Assembly: GCA_017463025.1 (NCBI GenBank)
Contig: JAFTPZ010000005.1
Location: forward strand, 408-64,407
Origin: Clostridia bacterium
Lineage (GTDB): Bacteria > Bacillota > Clostridia > Christensenellales > Borkfalkiaceae
DNA: 64,000 bases
Reading direction: 5' to 3'
Part shown: piece after piece, positions 1 through 8,728 of the stretch
Position numbering within the stretch: position 1 is the stretch's first letter
Layout: every line of letters begins with the position of its first letter
Made by a program: the position numbers and the translations under genes
The notes under the pieces: generated by a model
The model's database searches: none
The model's input: only the letters and a program-made list of their open reading frames with translations
What the model was told of the DNA's origin: nothing

Positions 1-200
1 CACGAGTAAAATATACCGTCGCTCGTAGGCATAAACATAATGACTGCCGCTAAGCCCATTACGATTGCAAAGCCCCAATTCCCTGCCGTTACACTAATAA
101 AGATAATAGCGAACACAACGAGAGCAACGATAATGTCAGGCATCGAATAGCATTTCCATACCGTATTCTTTACCTTAATTTTTTTGGGAATTATACGCAT
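1..200 (-). pseudogene. PrgI/VirB3-like small T4SS membrane protein gene, frame-broken as given; runs off the window
   Basis: An ATG at 200-198 overlaps the upstream stop (TAATG), but that frame reads MRIIPKKN* and stops after an A8 run (T8 on the plus strand, 178-185). The next frame reads IKVKNTVWKCYSMPDIIVAPLCSLLSLLV*. The first frame reopens as ..VVFAIIFISVTAGNWGFAIVMGLAAVIMFMPTSDGIFYS to the window edge. Joined, the pieces resemble the PrgI-type N-terminus (xPKxxxKVKxxV...), then two hydrophobic helices. Confidence 0.35.
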
Positions 201-1399
201 TATTCACTACCTCCATCAGTATTTCCCGAACCGTCAGACGTGTTCTCTTCGTTGAACTTATCCGAATCGTCTGCGGATTCACTCTTTTTGTTCTTAGATT
301 CTTTTATCTTGTTAGCAATTCCTTTTCCTGCGCCAATACCACCTTTTATAAGTTTGAACGCCGCACCAAACGTTAAGGCACTTGCAATACGTCCTCCGTA
401 GAAAGCGCTGTGTAAGAAGCTACCACCTGCGTGCATATCGTCAGCTTGACCGAACAATCTTGCAAATAGGGATTGACCTGCGGGAATTACCATAGTTCCC
501 CCGATTATCATAAAGATAAGGAACATTGAATTACCGAAACTGCCTACCCCGTCTATGTGCATTTTTGTTATTAACGGTAATAGCAAGATGAAAATATTAA
601 CTGAAAATACAGTTCCATACGCAAGAATTATCTTCGTTACAAAAGTCTCTCTCCACACCTTAAATCTTGCCCCATCGTCTAATGGTAAAGTTGCCATAGA
701 TACAGGCATAACTATATACATAAGTACAATTTCATAAATGCGTTTTGCAAGATTTATAATTGCCACTATAAGTGCAATCACTAAGGCGATAGATGCAACC
801 ATAGACGGTAAATAAAGGAACGTATCAGGGTTTATCATTCCGTTTCCTTTCCACGATGTGGGCCATATACCAAAAGCGGTAGCGTTGTAGTCGCCCATTA
901 TCGTGGATACACTACAACTTGTTATATCTACTTCCGCAAAAGAATATCCGTTAAGCCACTCACCTACACAAGCATTAAATAATGCGTTGGAAAGTTTGGT
1001 TGTATTCCCTATTTGGAAAATTTCCGCTACAAGCGTTAATATCGAGTTTGAGATAAGAATACCCAAGATTACAACGGTAAGCATTGCCATTGTTCCAAGT
1101 AATGCCAAACCGATTTTGCCTATAATCGACGATACATTTCTATTGTTTGCTATCATATTTTTTACAAGAGCAACTATGCCAAAAATACAAGTCAGCCCTA
1201 CTGCCAATATGAATACACACCAAAAGATAGTACCAACTGTCGAATCTCCTATCAGGTATTCGATTATATTCACTCTTTGTCCGTTTACTGTAACGTCCGT
1301 AACCCCTGCAATCGCAGAGAATATTTCCATAATTCCGTCTATTAGTCTTAGAAACCACAAGAATAAAAGCATTATTAGTTCTTGAAAAAATATAAGCAT
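200..1399 (-). CDS. Polytopic membrane protein, VirB6/TrbL-like T4SS channel component (putative), with a Gly-rich, acidic C-terminal tail
   Basis: 399-aa ORF with ~7 hydrophobic segments and a GAGGG RBS upstream of the ATG at 1399. It sits between the pilin-like genes and the PrgI-like gene, as in Firmicutes conjugation modules. The assignment rests on architecture and context only. Confidence 0.5.
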   Translation of the reverse strand: MLIFFQELIMLLFLWFLRLIDGIMEIFSAIAGVTDVTVNGQRVNIIEYLIGDSTVGTIFWCVFILAVGLTCIFGIVALVKNMIANNRNVSSIIGKIGLALLGTMAMLTVVILGILISNSILTLVAEIFQIGNTTKLSNALFNACVGEWLNGYSFAEVDITSCSVSTIMGDYNATAFGIWPTSWKGNGMINPDTFLYLPSMVASIALVIALIVAIINLAKRIYEIVLMYIVMPVSMATLPLDDGARFKVWRETFVTKIILAYGTVFSVNIFILLLPLITKMHIDGVGSFGNSMFLIFMIIGGTMVIPAGQSLFARLFGQADDMHAGGSFLHSAFYGGRIASALTFGAAFKLIKGGIGAGKGIANKIKESKNKKSESADDSDKFNEENTSDGSGNTDGGSE

Positions 1400-1429
1400 T
1401 TTTACCCTCGCTTTTTAGTTTATTTATAG

Positions 1430-1460
1430 AAAAAGGCGACAAGAAATCTCTTGCCGCCTT
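1430..1460 (-). terminator. Intrinsic terminator-like hairpin between the pilin-like genes and the VirB6-like gene
   Basis: 11-bp stem (1433-1443 with 1450-1460, one G-U pair on the minus-strand RNA), 6-nt loop, followed on the minus strand by TTTTCT. Confidence 0.45.
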
Positions 1461-1478
1461 TCCGTCTTAGGTATTAGC

Positions 1479-1778
1479 TTATGCGCTAATACCAACCCAA
1501 GCGCCGAGACCTTCAATGAGAAGCGGAGCGCCCATAGCCACAACGAAAATGATAATGATACCGATAATAAGGTTTTTAATCATATCACGTGCATTGATTT
1601 TCTCTTCGTTCTTATGAGCAATGGCGATTTTGATACCTACGTATGCACCCCAAATAACGACAACCGCCGCAAGTGCAAGTACAATGTAAATCCAAAAACT
1701 GTCCATCAAAGTGCTGATATTAGCAACAATTTCCGCTAAACTTTCGTTCAAAGTTTTAGCCGCTAAAAGATTAGTCAT
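1479..1778 (-). CDS. Small two-TM protein, paralogue A (VirB2/TrbC- or Maff2-like pilin candidate)
   Basis: 99-aa ORF with an AGGAGG RBS. It has two hydrophobic helices flanking a charged loop (AHKNEEKINARD) and is ~80% identical to the adjacent ORF. Confidence 0.6.
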   Translation of the reverse strand: MTNLLAAKTLNESLAEIVANISTLMDSFWIYIVLALAAVVVIWGAYVGIKIAIAHKNEEKINARDMIKNLIIGIIIIFVVAMGAPLLIEGLGAWVGISA

Positions 1779-1796
1779 ACTCTTATACCTCCTTTC

Positions 1797-2129
1797 TTAT
1801 ACAACAGGCAATACTGCCGCACCCGTAGTAGGCGCAGAGATGCCAACCCACGCACCGAGACCTTCGATGAGAAGGGGTGCGCCCATTGCGATAACAAACA
1901 TTATCACGATACCGATGATTAAATTTTTAATCATATCACGAGAATTGATTTTGTCCTCGTTTCTGTGTGCAATAGCGATTTTGATACCTACGTAGGCACC
2001 CCAAACCACTACTACTGCTGCCATCGCTAAAACGATGTAAATCCAAAACGAATCCATCAATTCGTTCAACTTAGTTACAATACCACTCAAGCTATCGTTA
2101 AGAGTGGTAGCCGCCAATAAATTCATCAT
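1797..2129 (-). CDS. Small two-TM protein, paralogue B, with a C-terminal PTTGAAVLPVV extension
   Basis: 110-aa ORF with an AGGAG RBS inside the 3' end of the upstream gene. Architecture matches 1479-1778. Confidence 0.6.
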   Translation of the reverse strand: MMNLLAATTLNDSLSGIVTKLNELMDSFWIYIVLAMAAVVVVWGAYVGIKIAIAHRNEDKINSRDMIKNLIIGIVIMFVIAMGAPLLIEGLGAWVGISAPTTGAAVLPVV

Positions 2130-2132
2130 AAA

Positions 2133-3692
2133 TTACTTATCTCCTTTTTCTTTTTTATTTTTATTTTTGTTTTTGTTCTTTTTGATGAGAATATATGTTA
2201 CTGCACCACCGACACCAAGCACCACAAAGATTACCAAGAGTAAGGGAAGTAATGAACTATTCCCCTTTTCTTCTTTATCTTCGTTAGGTGTTTCAGGTTC
2301 GGTAGGCTCGTTAGGTTCTACGGGGTTTTCAGGCTCAGTAGTATCGCTCGGCTCTTTCGGTTCATCAGGTTCACTCGGAACGTCAGGTTCTACGGGAACT
2401 TCGGGTTTATCGGGAACAACGGGTTCTTCTACCTTGTTCTTGACATCAAGCACGCCGATAACGTTACCCGATTCCTCAATAACAATTACCGTGTAATCGT
2501 CTTGCTTGTCCGTAAAATCAATACTTCCGTTTCCGTTCAACACTTCAACCGTCGTATTCTCTGCGCTGTCAGTAATAAAGAACTGAATAGCGCCGTTATA
2601 CGTTTCGCCACACTCACAGTCGTATGTAATCGTTAAAAGTTTGCTTTCGTTATCATACTGATAACCGAATACATACTCGTGTGTTTCCGTTTCTCCACCT
2701 ACGTTATCGGGATTCTCTTCTTCACCGCCGCCCAAGTCAGGGTTTTCAGGCTCAGTAGGTTCACTCGGTTCAGTAGGTTCTTCGGGTTCAATAGGTTCAA
2801 TGGGTTCAATGGGTTCCGTAGGTTGTTCAGGCTCTACGGGAACTTCGGGTTCTTCGGGAAGTTGCGTATATCCATTGTCGCCACTCGTTACATAGTCCGA
2901 TAAATAACTGTAATCACACACACTACATTGATGCTTGGTGTATCCAATGCTATCTGCCGTCGCTTCATACACGGTATCTTCAAACGTATGCCCTACGGGT
3001 TTTACATAATCACTTACATATCTATCTCCACAATCGGAGCAAAGGTGTACTGTAAAACCGTATGAAACACAAGTGGGTTCAACTTTACTTTCTTGATGGC
3101 TATGCCCCGTCGCTTCTACGATATTATCTTGATAAGAATACTCGCACACAAGACAGGTATAGGTCGTATATCCACCCTCAGTACAGCTTACTTCCTTGAT
3201 TTCCAATTCATAGTCGTGTCCGTTTTCAGGAACAACGCTGTCTACATAGAAATACTCGCACACAAGACAGGTATGCGTTGTGTAGCCTTGTTCGGTACAC
3301 GTCGGGTCTACTATTACGTCATCGTAAGTATGTCCCGTCGCTTCTACATAACTATCTGCATATTCATAGCCACACACATTACAAAAATGAGTGGTAAAGC
3401 CTTTATGCGTACAAGTTGGTTCTATTACAACATCGGTGTAATTATGCCCCGTTGCTTGCACGTAGTTGTCTCGGTACACGTCTCCACAAAGAGAACACGT
3501 GTATTCGGTAAAACCATTATTCGTACAAGTCGGAGCATACTCAAATGTTTCGTATTCGTGAGCGCAAACATTATCCGCCTCTGCTGCAAATGCCGTAGTG
3601 CCACTTGCATTGCCCATCAACGCACCGCAACCTAACACGGTAAAGGCAATCGCCAATACCGTCATAAGCAGTTTGTTTTTAGTCTTTTTCAA
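2133..3692 (-). CDS. Cell-surface protein: signal peptide, six ~38-aa His/Cys repeats, Pro/Glu-rich linkers, small beta-rich domain, C-terminal TM anchor and KN-repeat tail
   Basis: 519-aa ORF with a TTG start and an AAGGAG RBS. The N-terminal signal is MKKTKNKLLMTVLAIAFTVLGCGA. The C-terminus is LLPLLLVIFVVLGVGGAVTYILIKKNKNKNKNKK. There is no LPXTG motif. Confidence 0.8.
   Translation of the reverse strand: MKKTKNKLLMTVLAIAFTVLGCGALMGNASGTTAFAAEADNVCAHEYETFEYAPTCTNNGFTEYTCSLCGDVYRDNYVQATGHNYTDVVIEPTCTHKGFTTHFCNVCGYEYADSYVEATGHTYDDVIVDPTCTEQGYTTHTCLVCEYFYVDSVVPENGHDYELEIKEVSCTEGGYTTYTCLVCEYSYQDNIVEATGHSHQESKVEPTCVSYGFTVHLCSDCGDRYVSDYVKPVGHTFEDTVYEATADSIGYTKHQCSVCDYSYLSDYVTSGDNGYTQLPEEPEVPVEPEQPTEPIEPIEPIEPEEPTEPSEPTEPENPDLGGGEEENPDNVGGETETHEYVFGYQYDNESKLLTITYDCECGETYNGAIQFFITDSAENTTVEVLNGNGSIDFTDKQDDYTVIVIEESGNVIGVLDVKNKVEEPVVPDKPEVPVEPDVPSEPDEPKEPSDTTEPENPVEPNEPTEPETPNEDKEEKGNSSLLPLLLVIFVVLGVGGAVTYILIKKNKNKNKNKKEKGDK
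2874..3566 (-). repeat. Six tandem ~38-codon coding repeats (consensus GH-x8-PTC-x3-G(F/Y)T-x3-C-x2-C-x-Y-x-Y-x-D-x-(Y/V)V)
   Basis: Repeat boundaries counted by hand at aa 43-83, 84-121, 122-159, 160-197, 198-235 and 236-273 of the 519-aa ORF. The last copy lacks the first Cys. Confidence 0.8.
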
Positions 3693-3709
3693 TTTTCTTC
3701 TCCTTTTTT

Positions 3710-5929
3710 TTATTTGACCGCACTCGCTTGTAAATCCATAAGTTCGTGTGTCATTTTGTCAATATAGTCTGCCATATTGCGAATTTCATAGGCTTCGCTT
3801 TGGCAATAATCGCCCGTTATCGAATACAAGAATGATGCTTTATTTTCGAGCTTAATACTAAGAACAGCGCTTGCATCTCTGCCTTTGAGCATTTTCACAA
3901 ATTCATTCAACTTTACGTGAATATCATCTATTACTTTCTGCCACTTCTTGTCTAATTCCGCAAGTCTTTCTTCTTCTGCCCTTAAATAAGCACTTTCTTT
4001 CTTGTCATCCTTTGCAATTTCGTCAAGAGCTTTATTCTCAACGCTTTGTCCTTGTCCGCTTTTATCAATATCGAACACGTACTGACTCTTATCAAATAGC
4101 ACGGCTTCTCTCTTTGAAATGTCCGCTTTACCGTCTGCAAAATACACTTTTGCCAACTCGTAAGACGGTGTAAATCTCGTCCAAATAGGCTCATAACCAC
4201 GTACTGATACGATGGCATCACCTTTTTCGTCGCCGTTAAGACGTTCAAGCATACCAACCGTAATTAGTGGTTGATTACTTGCGCCCGTATTACTTGATGC
4301 AGGGTTTTCTGCGTTCGTATTTACGGAAAAGTTTTTGATTTTCTTCTGCCCACACAACTCAGAAAACTCTTTTCGAGTGTCCGCATCGTCTGAACCAATG
4401 AAAATCTTTACGTTACAGTTTGTTTTTATGATGTCGCCTATGTCTCGTCCGTATTTTGCAGTAAGTTGTGAAAAACTCTGCAACACGAACAAGAAGCGAA
4501 TACCACGTGAACGTGCTACGGTTACCATACCCTCGATATTGTCAAACTTAGGCAAGTTTCCGAACTCATCTAAAACAAAGTACGTATTTCTTTTTAAGAT
4601 TGCCGTATCAATTCCCTCTTCTTTTCTACGTAGATTTAAGTTCGCCTTTTCAACCAACTCTTTATACATTTGAGTAATAAAGAGCGTTACGAAACGGTGT
4701 CTTGTAAACCTTTCATCGGGAACGATAATGAATACAGCATTAGGTTCCTCGTCCATATTGATTATGTCAAGGTCATTTTCGCTCGTCAGAGACAAAATAC
4801 CGTCATCAGCGAGCTGTTGCATATAACTGTTGACTTCCGATAAGTACGACGTTAAGGTTTTATCCGACGTAATGAGAACGGTGTTCACCAAACCCTTAAC
4901 TTTTGAAAATTCGTCTCTACCTTCAAGCAGATATTCTCTCAGTTTCGTGGTATCTTCTGAACAGTATTTCGTAATGTTATGGTAAACGTTGAAAAGCAAT
5001 AACTGTTTTTCTTCCATCTTTCCGTTAATACAGTCCTCGCAGAAAGCAAGCACTAAACCAAATATCAAGTTTCGTGCGCCCTCTTCCCACGTCGGTTGGT
5101 CTCTATTTTGCACAGGACAAAGCGTATAAACTAAGTCCATAGCATTTTCAAAGATTTCATCTTTGAGTTCTTGCACTCTCGTTCTTGCATCACGATAAGA
5201 AATAAATTCTTCCCCTGCGCCGTAATATTTACCGTCTTTATGCACACAGTTGTTTTGCAGTTCCTTTACAAGTCTGATTCTCCTGATTAGCACGTTCATC
5301 GGATTCCATCTTGCAGAACTGTAAGGTTCTCTTAGGTCAAGCACGGAAATTTTATATCCCTCTCTCTTTAAGTGAAGAGCGTGTTTTTCATACAACTCTT
5401 TCTTCGGGTCTGAGATTACTAAACTCGGCTTGCCTGCACTTTTGCCAAGTACGGATATGTTTTGGTCAACGAACCCCGTCGTCTTACCACTACCCGTCGT
5501 ACCAACAATCAATGCGTGAAGTTGGCTTGTAGAAATAATTTCAATTTCTTTGCCTTTCTTCTCTGCACCGATTACGATACCGTCGGGCTTGCTATTGACC
5601 TTATCAAAGTTCGTTACGGTAAACTCTTTCATTTTCTTTAGCTTTTTAACCGTTAGCCACTCCGTATCTTCCAAGTCGTTTTCGTTCATTGCGATATTCT
5701 GCGCATCCACTCGGTACATTAACAGGTAGGCAACCATTATCATTCCGTCTACCACACCGTTAATAAGCCAAAAGTTTCTTTCGCCCCAAATATCGCCAAT
5801 ACTCTCATAGCCGAAATAAGCAAACAGACACATTACCCCGACAAAAATTAGTGCGAAGATGATAGTCCATAGCAATATTCCGAGCTTATGAGACTTGCGC
5901 TTTTTGTGTTTTTTTGCTTGTTCTCTCAA
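3710..5929 (-). CDS. Type IV coupling protein (VirD4/TraG family)
   Basis: 739 aa with two N-terminal TM helices, Walker A VGTTGSGKT and Walker B FVLDEFGNLP. Its TTG start overlaps the relaxase stop (TTGA). Confidence 0.9.
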   Translation of the reverse strand: MREQAKKHKKRKSHKLGILLWTIIFALIFVGVMCLFAYFGYESIGDIWGERNFWLINGVVDGMIMVAYLLMYRVDAQNIAMNENDLEDTEWLTVKKLKKMKEFTVTNFDKVNSKPDGIVIGAEKKGKEIEIISTSQLHALIVGTTGSGKTTGFVDQNISVLGKSAGKPSLVISDPKKELYEKHALHLKREGYKISVLDLREPYSSARWNPMNVLIRRIRLVKELQNNCVHKDGKYYGAGEEFISYRDARTRVQELKDEIFENAMDLVYTLCPVQNRDQPTWEEGARNLIFGLVLAFCEDCINGKMEEKQLLLFNVYHNITKYCSEDTTKLREYLLEGRDEFSKVKGLVNTVLITSDKTLTSYLSEVNSYMQQLADDGILSLTSENDLDIINMDEEPNAVFIIVPDERFTRHRFVTLFITQMYKELVEKANLNLRRKEEGIDTAILKRNTYFVLDEFGNLPKFDNIEGMVTVARSRGIRFLFVLQSFSQLTAKYGRDIGDIIKTNCNVKIFIGSDDADTRKEFSELCGQKKIKNFSVNTNAENPASSNTGASNQPLITVGMLERLNGDEKGDAIVSVRGYEPIWTRFTPSYELAKVYFADGKADISKREAVLFDKSQYVFDIDKSGQGQSVENKALDEIAKDDKKESAYLRAEEERLAELDKKWQKVIDDIHVKLNEFVKMLKGRDASAVLSIKLENKASFLYSITGDYCQSEAYEIRNMADYIDKMTHELMDLQASAVK

Positions 5930-7158
5930 CCTTTATAATTCACTCCTTTATAATTGTTTCTTGCCGCTTCTTGCTCTTGTCGCTTCTTCTCGGCTTTCAT
6001 TTCTTCTTCGATTTCCTGCAACCGTCTTGAAAAGTCTCGCTCCAACAGTTGGTGATTTCTACCAATCGAAGTGAAGAACTTTCTAAACCGTTCGGTTATC
6101 TTTTTTCTTGACATAGATAATTTCCTTTTCAGATGATTATCGTTTGCCTTGTACTTGACGTTCTTGTTCCTTTCGTAATACTCAGGCTTGATAAACTTAG
6201 CAAGGTTAATAATGAGATTCCCTTGTCGGCGTTTATACTCCGATTCCAAATCTTCAACGATATGAATATCTTTCAAATCAATTTCATCGTGATACGTGGG
6301 ACTTCCCTTTTGCGGTTCTTTACTCTTTCCGCAAATTTGTTCAATTACCTTTTTCCGTTTATCAAGTTCCAAATAAAACTTTAAGTTCGACTGACGTGCT
6401 TCTTTGTCGTAGTCAAGTATCATATTGACAATTTTATCTACCCGCCCTCTGAACGGCTCCATATCTCGACTTCCATACGATAACCGTCCTTTTTTCGGCA
6501 GGTCTTTTGCAAGAGCAAGTATTTCTGCCTTTATATCCTGTCGGCTCGTCATCGCAGTCTTGACAGCAGTCATTTCCTTTAATCTCCGCAAGGCATTGTC
6601 TCTCGCCTTATGCAGATTCCCTTTGTCATCTCTTATCGCCAACGCAAGACGAACTTTCATATTATTTATTGCTTCAATAGGTATTTTCCCCTTTGCTCGA
6701 TATGCTTTATCTCCTTGCGCTGTCTTATACTTTGGTTCTTTTTCCCAAAACACAAAATGAATATGTAGGTGTTCGGGTCTATCTTGGTGTAAGGCGCACA
6801 TAAAATCAAGGTCTTTCAAAGACAATCGACATTCTTTGAAGAACGACGGGAACGTTCGCTTTATCAGTGCTATACATTTTTCAGGAGTGTCAATCTTATA
6901 CGATTCTTCCTTGTTCAATGATAGAAAACCGTGCCATATATTCCCCTTGTTCTCTTTGGCTCTTTTCTTCATAGCCTTGACTTCTTCTTCACTCAGTATA
7001 CCCGTGTGATTGAACACGCCCGTGTTCTTTTCTAAGTATTCAAGAATTGTTCTATTTTTTTTGTCGCCTAACCGTTTGTGTTCAGTAGCCATATAACTAA
7101 AAACATTTTTCTCTCCACTCATATCAAAGAACGGGCGGTTCCGTTTATGCTCTGCCAC
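5926..7158 (-). CDS. MobL-type conjugative relaxase
   Basis: Motif order is YMATE...TGVFNHTG...NIWHGFLSL...CALHQDRPEHLHIHFVFWE (histidine triad HxHxH). It sits directly upstream of the coupling protein. The start is uncertain: GTG at 7158 has a weak RBS, and the frame stays open upstream to ~7229. Confidence 0.7.
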   Translation of the reverse strand: MAEHKRNRPFFDMSGEKNVFSYMATEHKRLGDKKNRTILEYLEKNTGVFNHTGILSEEEVKAMKKRAKENKGNIWHGFLSLNKEESYKIDTPEKCIALIKRTFPSFFKECRLSLKDLDFMCALHQDRPEHLHIHFVFWEKEPKYKTAQGDKAYRAKGKIPIEAINNMKVRLALAIRDDKGNLHKARDNALRRLKEMTAVKTAMTSRQDIKAEILALAKDLPKKGRLSYGSRDMEPFRGRVDKIVNMILDYDKEARQSNLKFYLELDKRKKVIEQICGKSKEPQKGSPTYHDEIDLKDIHIVEDLESEYKRRQGNLIINLAKFIKPEYYERNKNVKYKANDNHLKRKLSMSRKKITERFRKFFTSIGRNHQLLERDFSRRLQEIEEEMKAEKKRQEQEAARNNYKGVNYKG

Positions 7159-7229
7159 TTCACTTGGCGTTGCATCTCTTGGTAATCTGTAAGGCGTATA
7201 TTTAACATCAAAAATTACGGGTTGGTTAC

Positions 7230-7727
7230 TTATTTATCTTTCCTCCTATCTTCTTGAATTTGCCGCATTACCATTTTCTCGTGTCCAACGAGATACTCAG
7301 GCGTGTCTCTAAAATCGCCCCTTTCAAATTGTTCGGGACGAACGGAATAACCGTAGAGATGTTTTGCACGTTCATTGAATAACGATGCCGTCATAGATTT
7401 TGAAAGAGTTGTGTTCAAAACAATTTCTTGTAGCAGTCGTACCATTTCTTCAATTCGCTTGTCGGGTATTGTCTCGATTACAATAGGTGCGCTTGGCGTT
7501 GATGTGGGCGTTCGTTCTTCAACTTCTCCAACTTCAATTTCACCAAACTCTGCTCTTATGTATTCGTCCAAACCGTAGTACAAAGCGTTGGGTATCGCAT
7601 TGCTAATTTTTACTTTTTTGACTTCTTCCAACCATTTCAATTTCTCGTAGATATTGCTATCCGTGATTCGTACATAGGCTCTCCACAAACCGTTTTCTAC
7701 CTTTTGTTTTTTGTCTTTCTTTTCCAT
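7230..7727 (-). CDS. Hypothetical protein, possible RHH-type relaxosome accessory factor
   Basis: 165-aa ORF with a GAGAGGA RBS. The N-terminus, WRAYVRITDSNIYEKLKWLEE, looks like a beta-strand/helix RHH start. It lies immediately upstream of the relaxase. Confidence 0.35.
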   Translation of the reverse strand: MEKKDKKQKVENGLWRAYVRITDSNIYEKLKWLEEVKKVKISNAIPNALYYGLDEYIRAEFGEIEVGEVEERTPTSTPSAPIVIETIPDKRIEEMVRLLQEIVLNTTLSKSMTASLFNERAKHLYGYSVRPEQFERGDFRDTPEYLVGHEKMVMRQIQEDRRKDK

Positions 7728-7742
7728 TTCGTCCTCTCAAAA

Positions 7743-7812
7743 AATCGGGTTTCCCGATTGTTCGCAACCGTCCCGCACGGTTGCATCAAAAGCGGTTAAA
7801 ATGCAATTTTAA
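7743..7812. promoter_or_regulatory. Cluster of three inverted repeats: candidate oriT and/or terminator
   Basis: IR1: aatcggg-ttt-cccgatt (7743-7759; followed by T6 on the minus strand). IR2: gcaaccgt-cccgc-acggttgc (7764-7784). IR3: ttaaaat-gca-attttaa (7796-7812), flanked by direct agcgg/gcgg. The cluster lies in the only sizeable gap upstream of the relaxase operon. Confidence 0.3.
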
Positions 7813-7830
7813 GCGGTTTTCTTAACCTGC

Positions 7831-8229
7831 TTAGGATTTTGCAAAATTCGCTTTATTTTTTGCCCCGTCTCCTTTGCAAGATTTGTCGGGTTTATCGAAC
7901 TCACCAAATACGTTTTTAAGCATATCCGATACAATGTCGCCACCGATTACTGCCCTTGCAATGCAAGGACCAAGTACATCGTTTTCACGTCTTAAATTTG
8001 CGCTTTTTTCACCGCCGATTTTACCCGTTTCACGGAAGAACTTGTCCTTGTCAAACGACTCTTTCATAAGTGCAAACACCGACTTGACGGTTGCATCCTT
8101 GCCCCTATATTCTTCGTTGTTGAAGTTGTATGCGCAGATTGCTTTATAAAGTTCGCCTGCCTGTTTATCCGTTAAAATCTTCGCAACTTCACCGTCGATT
8201 TCACGTACCTTAAAATTATTCACTTTCAT
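7831..8229 (-). CDS. Hypothetical protein
   Basis: 132-aa ORF with an AAGGAG RBS. It contains ILTDKQAGELYKAICAY, a motif I associate loosely with phage/MGE helper proteins. No function is supportable. Confidence 0.6.
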   Translation of the reverse strand: MKVNNFKVREIDGEVAKILTDKQAGELYKAICAYNFNNEEYRGKDATVKSVFALMKESFDKDKFFRETGKIGGEKSANLRRENDVLGPCIARAVIGGDIVSDMLKNVFGEFDKPDKSCKGDGAKNKANFAKS

Positions 8230-8254
8230 TTTTTTCTCCTTAAAAAATTTTTTC

Positions 8255-8728
8255 TTATATGCCTATCCATCCAAAAACCGAACTGATTATATTCACATAC
8301 CATCTCCTATCTTTAACCAAATCAATGTCTGCATCGCCCGTGTGCGCTCTCTTGTAGCCAACGGTATATAAAAGGTTATGTAGACGATATTCCCCTAAAA
8401 TCTGAGTATTGCTTCTTTGCACTTTCATCCCATTTTGATGGGTATAATAACGGATAAATAACATTACGGAAACACTCTCTTCTCTGCTTGCTGCTTGGTA
8501 TGATTGCACCACTTTTACACTACTGTTTCCAAACTGTAATGTTATTCTCTTTTCTTCTTCTAAGGTCAAAATTACCTTGCCGTTTTCATACTCTTCATAA
8601 TCAAATTCGGAGTTAAAAGAATTGATAAACTTGCTGTTTTGTGTTGTCCGTATTAGACAGTAAATACTCATTACAAGTATCAAAACATTTACTGCCGTTA
8701 GGACTATTAGGGAACGCCCTTTCTTCAT
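8255..8728 (-). CDS. Membrane-anchored hypothetical protein
   Basis: I chose the ATG at 8728 (MKKGRSLIVLTAVNVLILVMSIYCLI..) because it overlaps the ArdC-like stop as TAATG. The track's longer start at 8767 lies inside the upstream gene. Confidence 0.6.
   Translation of the reverse strand: MKKGRSLIVLTAVNVLILVMSIYCLIRTTQNSKFINSFNSEFDYEEYENGKVILTLEEEKRITLQFGNSSVKVVQSYQAASREESVSVMLFIRYYTHQNGMKVQRSNTQILGEYRLHNLLYTVGYKRAHTGDADIDLVKDRRWYVNIISSVFGWIGI

Noticed and set aside
2760-2830. Short periodic DNA repeats that superficially resemble a repeat array
   Set aside because: The 9-nt period is in frame and lies inside a long ORF, encoding a PIEPIEP linker. There is no spacer structure, so it is not a CRISPR array.
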